A stretch of 63,514 nt of DNA, counting the filler, from Octopus bimaculoides (Eukaryota), in assembly GCF_001194135.2 (NCBI RefSeq). It is 5 parts of 4 records of this genome, joined end to end, with 100 filler letters (N's around TTAATTAATTAA, not from the genome) between each part and the next. Parts side by side here need not be neighbours in the genome. Positions count along the whole stretch, not along the records: positions 1 to 16,151 come from NC_068987.1; 4 more parts are not named here. One strand, given 5' to 3'. The position numbers and the translations under genes were made by a program. Of this stretch, positions 1-12,704 are shown piece after piece. The notes beneath the pieces are model-generated. The model ran no database searches, was not told where the DNA came from, and saw nothing but the letters and a program-made list of their open reading frames with translations. Each line of letters opens with the position of its first letter. Position 1 is the first letter of the stretch.

Positions 1-158
1 ATGGCTGTGTGGTAAGAAGCTTGCTTTCCAACTACATGGCTTCGGCTCAATCCCAGAGCGTAGCACCTTGGGTAAGTGTCTTTTCCATATTGCCGCAGGC
101 TGACTAAAACCTTATAAGTGAATTTGGTAGACGGAAACTGAAAGAAGCCCGTCGTATA
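1..158 (+). mobile_element. tRNA-derived SINE, family A (starts at the window edge)
   Basis: A-box-like TGGCTGTGTGG and B-box-like GGCTCAATCCC; body ...GTAGACGGAAACTGAAAGAAGCCCGTCGTATATA recurs at 6704-6859 and 43455-43615. Confidence 0.75.
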
Positions 159-359
159 TATGCATTTGGAGAGTTTATCACAGCAAAATATTAATTTTGT
201 TTTTAAAGATGGAATACATGACACAGAGAAACGTTGGGTAAACCTCATAAATGAACACAGATCATAATTCGATTAAATAAATCAGTACTCTAACGCTTCT
301 GAAACATTTTACTGCTACCTTTCAAGTACGACATTTCATGTAATACAAAGATAGATAGT

Positions 360-380
360 TAGATAGATAGATAGAGAGAG

Positions 381-472
<92 letters not shown>

Positions 473-495
473 GGAGAGAGAGAGAAAATGAGAGA
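360..495. repeat. (GATA)n/(GA)n compound microsatellite
   Basis: Directly visible; source of the spurious RERE/SLSL ORFs. Confidence 0.95.
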
Positions 496-1074
496 GTGGG
501 AGGAGTAGAGAATTCAAAGGTACATATTTCGGAAACCACCTTATTCAGCCATAATTTGGAATAGGTAAATAGGAAGGCATAGATAGTTAGTTATTACTGA
601 TATTCCAAATATTTTACTTACCACTTGTTATCTTACGGTACACTGATAGCTATCATTCAGCACTTCCCATTAAGGCCACGATAAAATTTTCTTTCTATTT
701 ACTCCTATGTGTCAACCTCTTTTGAATAAGCAATTGTTTGTAAGATTGATGGTATCTGTCATTTCTAGCAAAAGGTATGTAGAAAGAAGCACTTACAATC
801 AATTTGCATGAGGGTTCAAATGACAGGGATCTGGCATAATCATAACAGATTTTGGTTGACTCGTTAGAGATTTTAGTTGCATGTTTCCTCTGATATCTAT
901 GTGTTCGAAGTTCAAATCAAGCCGAGATCATTTTTGCTTCCTATCGTTTCAGATTCGATAAATAAAGAAAAGCACTAATCCCAGCTGATGAATTAGCGTA
1001 ACTGCTGGGGGTTCGGGTAAGATGAATTGTGGCATTTCTTCCGGCTGTATGCTTTGTAAGTAATACTAAGTCAA

Positions 1075-1250
1075 TTTTTGGCACAAAGCCGGCAATTTTG
1101 TGGGAAGGGGTAAGTCGATTACGTTGATTCCAGTACTCTAACTGGTACTTATTTTATCGACCACGAAAGGACGGATTTGAACGCAAAGACCGACGAAATA
1201 CCGCTAAGCATTTTGCACGGTGTGCAAACGATTCTGCCTTCTCACCACAT
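1075..1250 (-). mobile_element. SINE family B copy
   Basis: Reverse complement of the family B body at 53790-54030 (GAAATACCGCTAAGCATTT, CTGGTACTTATTTTATCGACC). Confidence 0.7.
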
Positions 1251-1987
1251 TTACGCTTTGTCGGTAATATTTAAAGTAAAGAAGCATTTCGGTAAAATCA
1301 AGAGGTAAAATAATATTCGGTATCTACTTCGTACCTGAAACAAAAAAAAAAAGAAGTGTTTCTGACGCTTTATATTGTGTTATTCCAATTTTAAAGGGAA
1401 ACTACGTTTAACAGTAATTTAAACAATTACAAACGAAAAGCAAGAGATTGACAGTCAAACCTATACGCCAACTTGCAAACATATCTATGGTAATATACAC
1501 GCACCCTCAGATATGTGTACACATACGCTTTACAAGTATATATGTGTTCGTATTTAAATGTATTACATAGATATATTTGTATGCATAAAACTGTATACAT
1601 ACACGATAGAAAGCAAAATTTGCATCGGTTGGATTTGAACTTCGAACACAAAAATATCAGAGGAAAGATGCAAGCCGTAACTATCGAGTTAGTGCTGTTT
1701 CTCATACGTCTTCATGCCTACTTTATATTATATTATTCTAATTTTTAAGATAATGGAAATAAAAACTCTGGCGGTATTTTAAACACTTACAAACGAAAAG
1801 CAAGAGATTAACATTGTAAGCATATACGCCAAAAGTAAAACAAGAACGACATTATTCAGTAAACGATTTCTGGTCATAAGGATGAAAATTTATGTTTTGA
1901 ATCTAATACCAAAATGCAAATCCCTGCCGTGGCTCATCATCGACTTTTAAACGGAACATCCAGAATTATTCCAACCCGGGGCAAGAA

Positions 1988-1992
<5 letters not shown>

Positions 1993-2048
<56 letters not shown>

Positions 2049-2076
2049 TAATAATAATGATAATGATAATGATAAC

Positions 2077-2127
<51 letters not shown>

Positions 2128-2128
2128 A
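1993..2128. repeat. (TAA)n/(TGA)n microsatellite
   Basis: Directly visible. Confidence 0.95.
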
Positions 2129-4720
2129 AAAATAAAGTTACAAAGATCAAAAAGTGTCCAGTGATGTGGAGTTCTGAGAAGATAAAGAAATAATCAATCT
2201 ATCTGAACGGAATGAAAGAAATCTTTATCCTAGACAAAATGCTGAGGTTTGTTATTGAGATAAATCTCAAAAGACCTCCACACATATAAAAAAAAAAGAA
2301 CTATATAAGAATGAAACTTGCAGAAATAAACAGCAATACATTTTTCTTTTTACTAGAAGTGAAAGTGAAAGCAAAAACAAAAACTCAAACAAGATTTTCT
2401 TGATTAGCCGTGAGTGTTCGGAATACAAATATCAGAGCAAGCAAACTGTTGAGATTCCACGATAAACTGCAGTGAAATATAACAAGACCCCAACTCTAAT
2501 AGCTTTAGCTACTTCACTGGAAGTGAAGGGCCTGCGGCTACTATGTGCTTTGTAATTAAAAAAAAGCGGAGATTAGAAGAACTAAATGAAAAATAATCAG
2601 TGAAATAATTTAAATACCTGAAAGACAACTGTAAAAAATTTCGGAAATATTGTATGAAAAAAAGAAAATTCAAGGCAGAAATTTTAGTAAAAATGTTATA
2701 CTGTCCTTCAGGATAAAGGCAATTAAAGCATGATATGGTGAAAATGAAATAAAATTCCAATGGAAATAGCCATAAAAGAATGAGGTGATTTAAAGAGGTT
2801 TAAAGTTACGAAGACAAATAAAAGAAAGTTAAAGTGTAAAATAACTTTAGTGCATAAATGATTGTCTGAAATTTGACAAAAATCAGCTATGAATCACTTC
2901 AGAAGGACGCTGGAGTTGCGGAAAATAGAATTTTAAGCTATCATAAAGGGAGACCAGCAGAGGAATACATTGGAGTTTATTACTCCAATTTCCTAACAAA
3001 TTTATGTCCCATATTGAGAAATCTGGGCATATTCAAATACTACTTGTTTTCTTTTCTCTGTGAAATAACGAATTGTAATTTTTATGCTGCAATGTCATTA
3101 TTACAAATGCTATTCTAAGAAAACTAGAGCCAACCGTCTCTTTTAAAGAGATTACATGCTAATAAATGAACTGATAATACAACGTCGATTAAGTTTCATG
3201 GACTTATTTCTGCATCTCTGCCAAAATGAAAGCAAACAAATATGCTGCGTTGAAATAGAGGTTATGTTGTTCACAGTACAAGGTTTTAACAAATGAATCA
3301 GTTATAACTTTGTATCAGAATGACAAACCTGTATTTCAAACAGATCATATCTCATGCGTATGAAACTATGACGTCTGCTATATTTACCTTTCGTTTTGAC
3401 TGTTCTCTGTTATGTATTAGTGCAGTGGACACATCTCTTATACTTATTTGACAGAGCAACATAGAACAGATGTCAGCAAGAGAATTCCATCTGTTTGTTT
3501 CAGATTATGAGTGAGAATATGAGGTAAAAATATTTGCTGTATTTAGATAGCACTCTAAATTCTGAGTTCAAATTTATTGTCAACCTATGCACTCTTCTAA
3601 ATGGGTTAACTTGTGTCAATTTAAGATGTGAATGAATAATAAAGCCAAAACATCTACAGTGCGATTACAGTGAATTGTTGAAATAAGGTGTAATGTATTA
3701 ATCTTGATTTGAATTTAACAAAATGTTTGTAATTTAGAAAACGGCTTATTTGTCATTGGTGATATTTAGAACTGTTTCTTCGAGCGGGAAATAAAACTGA
3801 TTATTCAAAATACACTACCATTCGCTACATGAGTATATTATAAGCATCTCTAGTAAAACTTTAGGATTTTAGTGGATTTTCTGTAAAGTTAGCAACATTT
3901 GTGTGAGGAAGCGACAGAACTTGTTTAAAATGCTTTTAACCAGATTGACTACATTCATTATTGCAGATCATGTATGTCCAATAATGTCATGACCAGTAGC
4001 TTTTAAAGAGATATTCAGTCAATTACACTGTTTGCATATACACACCTGCCTGTCTATCCCTGTTTCTTCANNNNNNNNNNNNNNNNNNNNNNNNNNNNNN
4101 NNNNNNNNNNNNNNNNNNNNNNNNNNNNNNNNNNNNNNNNNNNNNNNNNNNNNNNNNNNNNNNNNNNNNNNNNNNNNNNNNNNNNNNNNNNNNNNNNNNN
4201 NNNNNNNNNNNNNNNNNNNNNNNNNNNNNNNNNNNNNNNNNNNNNNNNNNNNNNNNNNNNNNNNNNNNNNNNNNNNNNNNNNNNNNNNNNNNNNNNNNNN
4301 NNNNNNNNNNNNNNNNNNNNNNNNNNNNNNNNNNNNNNNNNNNNNNNNNNNNNNNNNNNNNNNNNNNNNNNNNNNNNNNNNNNNNNNNNNNNNNNNNNNN
4401 NNNNNNNNNNNNNNNNNNNNNNNNNNNNNNNNNNNNNNNNNNNNNNNNNNNNNNNNNNNNNNNNNNNNNNNNNNNNNNNNNNNNNNNNNNATATATATGT
4501 ATGCTTATATATGTATGCTTATATATGTGTGCTTATATATATATAAATATATGCAAATGGATGAGTGAATCTTCTTTTGTTTACAGTTAACACGGAAAAT
4601 TCATTAAACAGTTGGCAGGGTAGCCAAATTCACGCAAGTTACAAGGATGTAGCAACCTGTTCAAAATCAGAAACTCCGGGTTAATGTGCAGTAGTTTGTA
4701 TAGTATATATACAGTTATCT

Positions 4721-5418
4721 AAAAGATTTTCCAATCATTAATCTACATTTAAGGATAGTAGTAAACGCAATAGCACAGGACTTAGTAAATTGATTTAGTA
4801 TCTTAAAGATAATGATAAGAAATTTAATTTAGATTGGTTCATCCTGTCAATTTCTTTTCCTTACGACAAAGGTAAAAAAGTCTGTAACATTTGTAATTCT
4901 GAACGGTTCCACATTCTCTTTTCTAAGAATCCACTTGTAAACAAGATTATAGAGCGTTCTTACCGATGTAAACATTGGCAGAAACACACCTTTAGCTCAT
5001 ATAGGTGATTTCTACCTATCTATACAGTTTGAGCATTTAGTTCTTATTTTACTCTATTTCCAATAGAGATATCTATTTCCAAGCCTTTGAACATTTATTT
5101 AACTCACATATCACTCTATATTTCTCCTTTATTAGTTCTCTCCTTATTGATTTCTTTACCCCTTCTATTCATATGCGCTACCTTTGACGCCATATATACT
5201 AACGGCTTTTTGAAATACATAATAGCGTTCTGTTCATCATTTACACAGTCATCACATTTGTTAAAATGTCTTATAGTTGAGTTTGATTCTCTTTCTTTCT
5301 CTGATGTGAAGATTACATTATTTTACACCATTTATTCATTTGGAATGATACCAATGTTGTCTTCGAAACATATGTTGGAAGTAAAAGAATTTGAATAACA
5401 CCTGCGTTTAACTCCATT
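4721..5418 (+). mobile_element. 5'-truncated Penelope-like element: C-terminal endonuclease-region remnant (4721-5008) plus 3' terminal repeat carrying a hammerhead motif
   Basis: One frame reads KRFSNH*STFKDSSKRNSTGLSKLI*YLKDNDKKFNLDWFILSISFPYDKGKKVCNICNSERFHILFSKNPLVNKIIERSYRCKHWQKHTFSSYR*. This matches the recalled PLE C-terminal pattern K-RY-NH-SSF...NST-LSK-IW-LK...C-LC--EK...LN-R-E...CRH. The 3' end runs into (TA)n. Confidence 0.7.
5296..5381 (+). ncRNA. Type I hammerhead ribozyme motif with mutated core (CUGAUGU)
   Basis: CTGATGT 5301-5307; stem II GAAGA/TCTTC; GAAA 5365-5368; palindromic stem III ACATATGT; stem I TTTCT/GGAAG. Confidence 0.65.
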
Positions 5419-5775
5419 TATTTATTTTTATATATAAATAAATATATAAATAAATATATATATATATGCACACAAATAGGCATATATATACATATATATA
5501 CATATATATACATATACGTATATATAGATATATATCGNNNNNNNNNNNNNNNNNNNNNNNNNNNNNNNNNNNNNNNNNNNNNNNNNNNNNNNNNNNNNNN
5601 NNNNNNNNNNNNNNNNNNNNNNNNNNNNNNNNNNNNNNNNNNNNNNNNNNNNNNNNNNNNNNNNNNNNNNNNNNNNNNNNNNNNNNNNNNNNNNNNNNNN
5701 NNNNNNNNNNNNNNNNNNNNNNNNNNNNNNNNNNNNNNNNNNNNNNATATATATATATATAAATTATATATATAT

Positions 5776-5912
5776 GATGTGGCTGCGTAGTAAGAAGTTC
5801 GCTTCCAGTCACATGGTTCTGGGTTCAGTGCCACTATGTGGCAACATGAAAGTGTCTTCTACTACAGCCTTCGACCGGCCAAATCCTTGTGACTGGATTT
5901 CATAGTCGAAAA
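5776..5912 (+). mobile_element. SINE family A copy
   Basis: TGGCTGCGTAGTAAGAAG...GGGTTCAGTGCC head; body similar to 1-158. Confidence 0.7.
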
Positions 5913-6703
5913 CTGGAGGCATGTTGGTCTCTGGTGGGATTTTGTAGAGGCTTGGAGGTTGTCAGAAGTAAGGCCGGCTAGAGTGTATGTGTGTATACCG
6001 GATGTATAAGTGCGTGGATATGGGTCATTGTGTGTGTATGTGTCTATGTGTGGGTTTGCTTTTATGTGCATGCATGTGTTTGCATGTGTTTTAGCACCTG
6101 CTCTATACGCGTGTACACAGGGACGTATTTAGTATGTAATATGGGTAAGTGTGCGTAAGGATGTACACTTTTGCATTTGTGTATAATCGTATAAGTGTGT
6201 GCATATTTATCTGGAAGAACACATAAGCGTATGTTTTTTTTGTCTGCTGTGTGCATGTTTCTGCATACGAATATATTTATGCATTTCGTGTTTATGTGTG
6301 CGGGTGTAACATATTTATGATAGTGTTGATGGAGGCGGGCTATGAAGGAGACTAGAAGTTTGGTGGTATATGAGAGGAACGAAGAGAAGAGTAGTATACG
6401 TGCATAGACATGTGCAAACATGAGTGTATGCGCGCGTTCATGTATGTATGTAAATATATACATTCCTGCATTTGTGTTCTCCCCATAACCCTTCATCCAC
6501 CGGCATAGGCAAACCTTAAACAAAGATACATAAGAATATCTACCTTGGATGAATATGTAGTGCTACAAAATCAAGCACATGCGCATAAATACTACATCAA
6601 AGGGCACCAGGTCATTTATCCAACTGAAACACGTGTCGGATTGGAATTTGATGAGAATATTTATATTGTAATAAATTCTACAGAATGATATATATTTATA
6701 TAT

Positions 6704-6859
6704 AGGCACAGGTGTCGGTGTGTATTAAGAAGCTTGCTTCCCAACCACATGAGCAGTTCTACTGCATGGCACGTTGGGCAAGTGTGTTCTACTATAACCC
6801 CAGCCGACCAAAGTCTTGTGAGTCGAATTGGTAGACGGAAACTGAAAGACGCCCTTCGT
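6704..6859 (+). mobile_element. SINE family A copy
   Basis: AAGAAGCTTGCTTCCCAACCACATG...GGTAGACGGAAACTGAAAGACGCCC followed by (TA)n. Confidence 0.75.
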
Positions 6860-8227
6860 ATATATATATATATATATATATATNNNNNNNNNNNNNNNNN
6901 NNNNNNNNNNNNNNNNNNNNNNNNNNNNNNNNNNNNNNNNNNNNNNNNNNNNNNNNNNNNNNNNNNNNNNNNNNNNNNNNNNNNNNNNNNNNNNNNNNNN
7001 NNNNNNNNNNNNNNNNNNNNNNNNNNNNNNNNNNNNNNNNNNNNNNNNNNNNNNNNNNNNNNNNNNNNNNNNNNNNNNNNNNNNNNNNNNNNNNNNNNNN
7101 NNNNNNNNNNNNNNNNNNNNNNNNNNNNNNNNNNNNNNNNNNNNNNNNNNNNNNNNNNNNNNNNNNNNNNNNNNNNNNNNNNNNNNNNNNNNNNNNNNNN
7201 NNNNNNNNNNNNNNNNNNNNNNNNNNNNNNNNNNNNNNNNNNNNNNNNNNNNNNNNNNNNNNNNNNNNNNNNNNNNNNNNNNNNNNNNNNNNNNNNNNNN
7301 NNNNNNNNNNNNNNNNNNNNNNNNNNNNNNNNNNNNNNNNNNNNNNNNNNNNNNNNNNNNNNNNNNNNNNNNNNNNNNNNNNNNNNNNNNNNNNNNNNNN
7401 NNNNNNNNNNNNNNNNNNNNNNNNNNNNNNNNNNNNNNNNNNNNNNNNNNNNNNNNNNNNNNNNNNNNNNNNNNNNNNNNNNNNNNNNNNNNNNNNNNNN
7501 NNNNNNNNNNNNNNNNNNNNNNNNNNNNNNNNNNNNNNNNNNNNNNNNNNNNNNNNNNNNNNNNNNNNNNNNNNNNNNNNNNNNNNNNNNNNNNNNNNNN
7601 NNNNNNNNNNNNNNNNNNNNNNNNNNNNNNNNNNNNNNNNNNNNNNNNNNNNNNNNNNNNNNNNNNNNNNNNNNNNNNNNNNNNNNNNNNNNNNNNNNNN
7701 NNNNNNNNNNNNNATGAAGGTTATATTGTTCTTCGATACAACAACTTTTAAGGTGAACTGCGCAATGAACTCTTGAAAGGTTCGGGCCACATACACACGT
7801 GATGTAAAATTATAGTCCATTGAAACAGAAATACTACAGTTAGAACTATCTGCTATCATTAGTTTTATCCATACCGGAATGACGTAAACAAAATTATATT
7901 CCAATACTAAGTTTAAAATTGACCGCAATAACATTTTTCCTCTAGAAACTATTGATTTCGAAACAGCATTCAGTCACCTTTTACTAGGATTAACATTTCG
8001 AGTTCTTTTTTCATATGCGTTAGGATGAATTTCCAGTCCTCGACATACTGAACAATTTATATGTAGCATAATCAAGCTTTTGTTTCCGAAATAATTAATT
8101 CTACGCATTTTTAATAACATGTAATTGATGAGAATGTTGGAAATATTCCTTTATGGTTGTTCTTCTCCTCCTTACACTCATCACCCCCACCTCCAGCAAC
8201 CCCTAATATCATCATCGTCGTCGACTT

Positions 8228-8377
8228 CGTTCTTCTTCTTCTTCTTCTTCTTCTTCTTCTTCTTCTTCTTCTTCTTCCTCCTCCTCCTCCTCCCCCTTCT
8301 TTTTTTTCTTCTTCCCACCACNNNNNNNNNNGCTGCTGCTGCTGCTGCTACTACTACTACTACTACTACTACTGCTG

Positions 8378-8434
<57 letters not shown>

Positions 8435-8435
8435 T
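8228..8435. repeat. Compound trinucleotide microsatellite (CTT/CCT/GCT/TAC)
   Basis: Directly visible. Confidence 0.95.
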
Positions 8436-10764
8436 ATTTCCATCCAAATTTATCTCCGTCAAATACTATCGTAGTTTTCCCTTTCAAAATTTCCTCCCTC
8501 CCATGCATTTCCAATTTCTTTTTTGCTTTCTTCATTTTCTTGTGTAACTTCTCATCACTGTCCCTACTTCTCTTGTCATCCATCCTTTACATACTCCGCT
8601 TCTTCCTATATATTTTTCTCTACTCGTGTTCATATTCCTTTCCACTTCAGATTCGGTAGATGGTCTTCATATAGTAGAATTAACATTCGTTATGTCACCA
8701 TACCGGACTCCGTCTTGAATAGATTCAACATACAATAAGATATAATTTTTCCAGCTAGCTTCTTTAACATTCGAGAGCAGAATTAAGCTCAATTCAGCGG
8801 GTTAGCAAAACTCCAATTATTTATACAATGGCTCACTGGTAACATGGTAGATCGTGAATTATTTAATGTTCCTCTTTAATGCTAGTTGGACTGTTATAAT
8901 ACGTATGTGTGTTGGACAAGACAAAGAAAGAAATAGAGAGAAAATAGAGAACGAGATGGGGAGAGAGTGAAAAAGGAAAGAGAGAGCGGTATAGTCACAA
9001 TCCACTAAATATTCAGGAAAATGTCCTACTTCCTCCGCATATTTAACCCATAGATAAAGTATTCACGCACAACGAAGCAGAATTTGAAAACTCGTAAGAA
9101 CTAAAGCAGTCTATTCGCTTACGTCAGTAAAAAATAAAGAAAGCTAATGTACTTATAAGTGATGCATTTGTGTTGCTTTTAGCTATTCTTTCATTTCCTT
9201 TTAACAAGGATAAAAAATATTTGAGCTTTTTGACATTTTAAAGCTGGAACTACAGCTTGCATTGCATGCTGACATTTACTTCTCACTAGAAAAGGCCACT
9301 GAGGAAGTGTGTTTGTGTTCGTCAGTTCCTGGAAACTGAATAATTTAAAAATCATTGATCTCTCAGAATCTTGAATTGAAACAAAGTAACATAAACGTAA
9401 ACAATTGCTTTCATTGGCAAATTGTGTTACGCAGTCATAACCTCTCACACGCTATGTGTTTTTCATACATGCTGTCAACATCTGTTTTGGCCGGATGCAA
9501 TTTAGTTGATACAAGAGTTCTAAAACTAGCAAAGTTAATCCCCACTCCCAATGACCTTTGATATATGTTATTTAATCATTCTGGGATTACATGCATATAT
9601 TTTATTTTACTTAAATGTGCTATTTTAATTAGTTCTTCTAACAAAATATTGAAGAGAACCTTCAGAAGTTGTGCGGCAGTTATCCTACAACTTCTCTCTC
9701 TTTCTCTCTCTCTCTCTCTCTTGATGGATACAAGTGACAGATTATGTGAGTTAATTCCGTCCAAAGCGTCTCTCTATTCATGCCACACTTGAATGTATGT
9801 CACTAAATATCATTTATGTAGCAAAAGTTCTCAATACTGAAAAACTCATTGACTTTGTAAACAGCTTGTACGTACCCAAGTTAAGCCTTATAATAGTGGG
9901 TGATCTTCAGTTATCATGCAACGAGATATGATTCTCAGTACCACAAGGCTAAGGTGATGATTGTTAAAAAAAAATGTTCTCGAATAGTTAGTATTATTCC
10001 CAACCATCAGACTATCTGAAAGTTTCAACTTTTCAGGAGTCTCGAGAATGCCACTTCTCAGTCAAGCAAAATGCTCTATTTCAGATAAAATGAGTGAAAT
10101 CGTTGTCTGCTTTGAGTTCAAGACACACGGCATACACAAATAGGATAACACGTTATAAAGCAAAGTGTGACAACATATCGAATCGTATTCAACCATTTAT
10201 AATAATATAATCGCACTTTTATTTGATAGTAGCTGAGGTTACAAGTAGTAGTCACTTCCTATATAATGGTAAGGTCATTTTGAATTTTAATTTCCCTAGT
10301 TTTAAAAATATATCCATGTATATAAGTAAGAATTTTTATGAATAGATACGATATTTAAGTATTTGGATATTAATATTAGCTTTCAATTTCAATCATTTTC
10401 CAGTGTGCGCGTTATACACACTCTCATTCTCTCTCTCTCTCTTACCCTTTCTCTTCCTCTCTCTCTTACCTTTCTCTTTCTCTCTCTCTCTTACCATTTC
10501 TCTTTCTCTTTCTCTCTTACCCTTTCTCTTTCTCTCTCTCTCACGCACACACAAACACTCGCATGAAATCACACACACACTTACACATACATGAACATAC
10601 ACACCCGAGTCTACTCTCATGGTTTATAACTAACTGTTCAGTAAGCTATCAAGCGAAAATTTAACTTCCGGTCAACGTAAAATTTACATTATATTTGACT
10701 ACGCTAAATATTGAGCACGTCCAACACCAAACGTTCGGTTTGCTCTCAAATGCGAACACACATA

Positions 10765-10842
10765 TAAGCAAGAAGACAATATCAAAATACTAAGCAAGTA
10801 GACAATATCAACATACTAAGCAAGAAGACAATATCAAAATAC
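10765..10842. repeat. 26-bp tandem repeat x3
   Basis: TAAGCAAGAAGACAATATCAAAATAC at 10765, 10791 (2 mismatches) and 10817. Confidence 0.95.
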
Positions 10843-12704
10843 TATCATGTGTAGTGTAGATGCAAGGTGCCAATAATTAACGGATAATAAATAAATTAGA
10901 TAAACAATCAATACTTTCAGATTGATTGGCATTCACCAGGTGCCCGCGTCATAAGCAGATTGTCTTTTTTGTCCATCTTTGTTTCTAATGCTGCTAGAAG
11001 CTGCCAACTCTCATACCTCGTCTACTCAATTAATCTCGAATTAAAGCTACATATTCCCGTATACAACGTATCTCACCTTGATTTTGCCTTGAGAATCTAC
11101 CGTTGTTCGAGGGTGTAAGGCCATGATATTCCATTTGTTCCATAATGCATCAGTCAGCATAACTGAAAATAGTATTCTAAAAAGCTTGGCTTCGAGCTAA
11201 CAGCCTTGTTTAACACCACTTGTGCTTTCAAAACTATTGTTGCTTCTTCGTTCTCGATTACTCGCTACAAGTGTTCTCTCGTGAAATAACTATATCATGG
11301 AAATTAGAAGAACATGCGTACATGGTCATTATTCCTCCGAGAGCTTCACAGCTAGCAAAAGGAAATGAGTTGGTAAAGTCGGAGAGGGCGTGGAAATCAC
11401 CATTCGGTTCCTATCACTTGCCCTGATGGGCTGAAAGCAGCATATTTACTGTATCATAACCGCCTTTAATCCCGCAATGTTTACCAGACGAAAGCCATAA
11501 TCAGAGTAATCATTTATGCGACTTATGAGCTTCGGTGCAATTGACAGCAAAGTTATGCCTCAAAGACTTATTAATCTGACGTCAATATTTAACGCCAGGT
11601 CATGGCATTTTCACTTCATCAATGATATTCTATTCATGATCATACTTTATTTCATTTCATTCCAGAGATACATGAACACGGAACATATACACACATCGAA
11701 ACACACTCATACACACCTATATAACTACATTACAGAATATGTACTGAAATCTTTATGAATGTAGTGTCTTAGCCTTTGATATCAGGAGTAGTTGACTACT
11801 ATTTCTAACTGATCGATGAAGCCCGAGGTACTTTCCTCTGCACTTGTAGCTAATATATCTAAGGTGATATGAATTGAAAACAGGTAAGTCCATATACAGT
11901 ACATCCTCAGGTATAGCAAAATAAGCAAGAACCAAACACAAAAAACAATCAGTTAACGATAGAAGTTATAGGCCAGCTATTGATGTAACATCAGCCCACA
12001 ACACGAATGCAACGCATCCAGAAAATGTATTGTAAATCTATTTTAATTGCTGCAGCTGCACCATTACATTGCGCATTTAACTCTTATAAAAGGAAAATTC
12101 TGTCAACTGTCAGTGAAATAGTAAACCTTCTGTAAGGTATGTCGTGAGGAAAAGAGAATTATTGAACATAAGCTTAAATAGCCGTAAGCAACAAAACTAT
12201 TAACTGTTAACGTGTTCTAAATTAAATATTTTGTTCATATTTAAGCTGGCAAAAATTCAATAACTTGTAACAGTCTGTGCATTTTTCTTTCCTTCAAACA
12301 AAGCATGCAATGCATTAAATAGCTTGACATACAATATGGCTTCAAGGAAATATTTTCATCAGTACAGAAGACAATGCATTTTGGTGTTGTTTAGCCCAGG
12401 GAAACTCTAGCTAAAAAGACTTATGAACAACACATTCTAGCTGTGGCTATCGTGGCATTTTGGAATAAATTCGTACTACATTCTTCCGTCATGAAAAAGC
12501 AAAACAATCCATATTAGGAACTGAGGAATAATTGGGGGGTATATGCACAGGCATTTCTTTGGGTTTAAGAAGTTCATTTCACAAACAGGAGGCTCCGTAT
12601 TCAATCTCACTGTACCTCTGACATTAGTTATTTACTATATGTTCCAAATGAAAGGAATTTGGTTGCGGGAAAAGGTGTCATATATGTACAAGAGATATTG
12701 ATTA

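Noticed and set aside
336-564. ORFs of RERE, HTHT, CVCV, YIYI, MYVC and poly-X type throughout the window
   Set aside because: Translations of microsatellites or N gaps.
1418-1835. About 45-bp direct repeat 360 bp apart (TTACAAACGAAAAGCAAGAGATT)
   Set aside because: Only two diverged copies, no regular spacer array and no cas genes in a eukaryotic context; an old local duplication, not CRISPR.
3335-3515. Hydrophobic stretch followed by REFHLFVS, reminiscent of TIR box 1
   Set aside because: In-frame stops and no further TIR motifs downstream; probably chance.
4587-4679. 93-nt phase 1-1 exon candidate with a strong acceptor
   Set aside because: Weak donor (GTTAAT), and the same frame runs on into the PLE remnant (PG*CAVVCIVY), so it may be transposon-derived.
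9325-9385. LRR-like LNNLKIIDLSES*IET
   Set aside because: A single repeat with a stop at the conserved region; no neighbouring LRRs.
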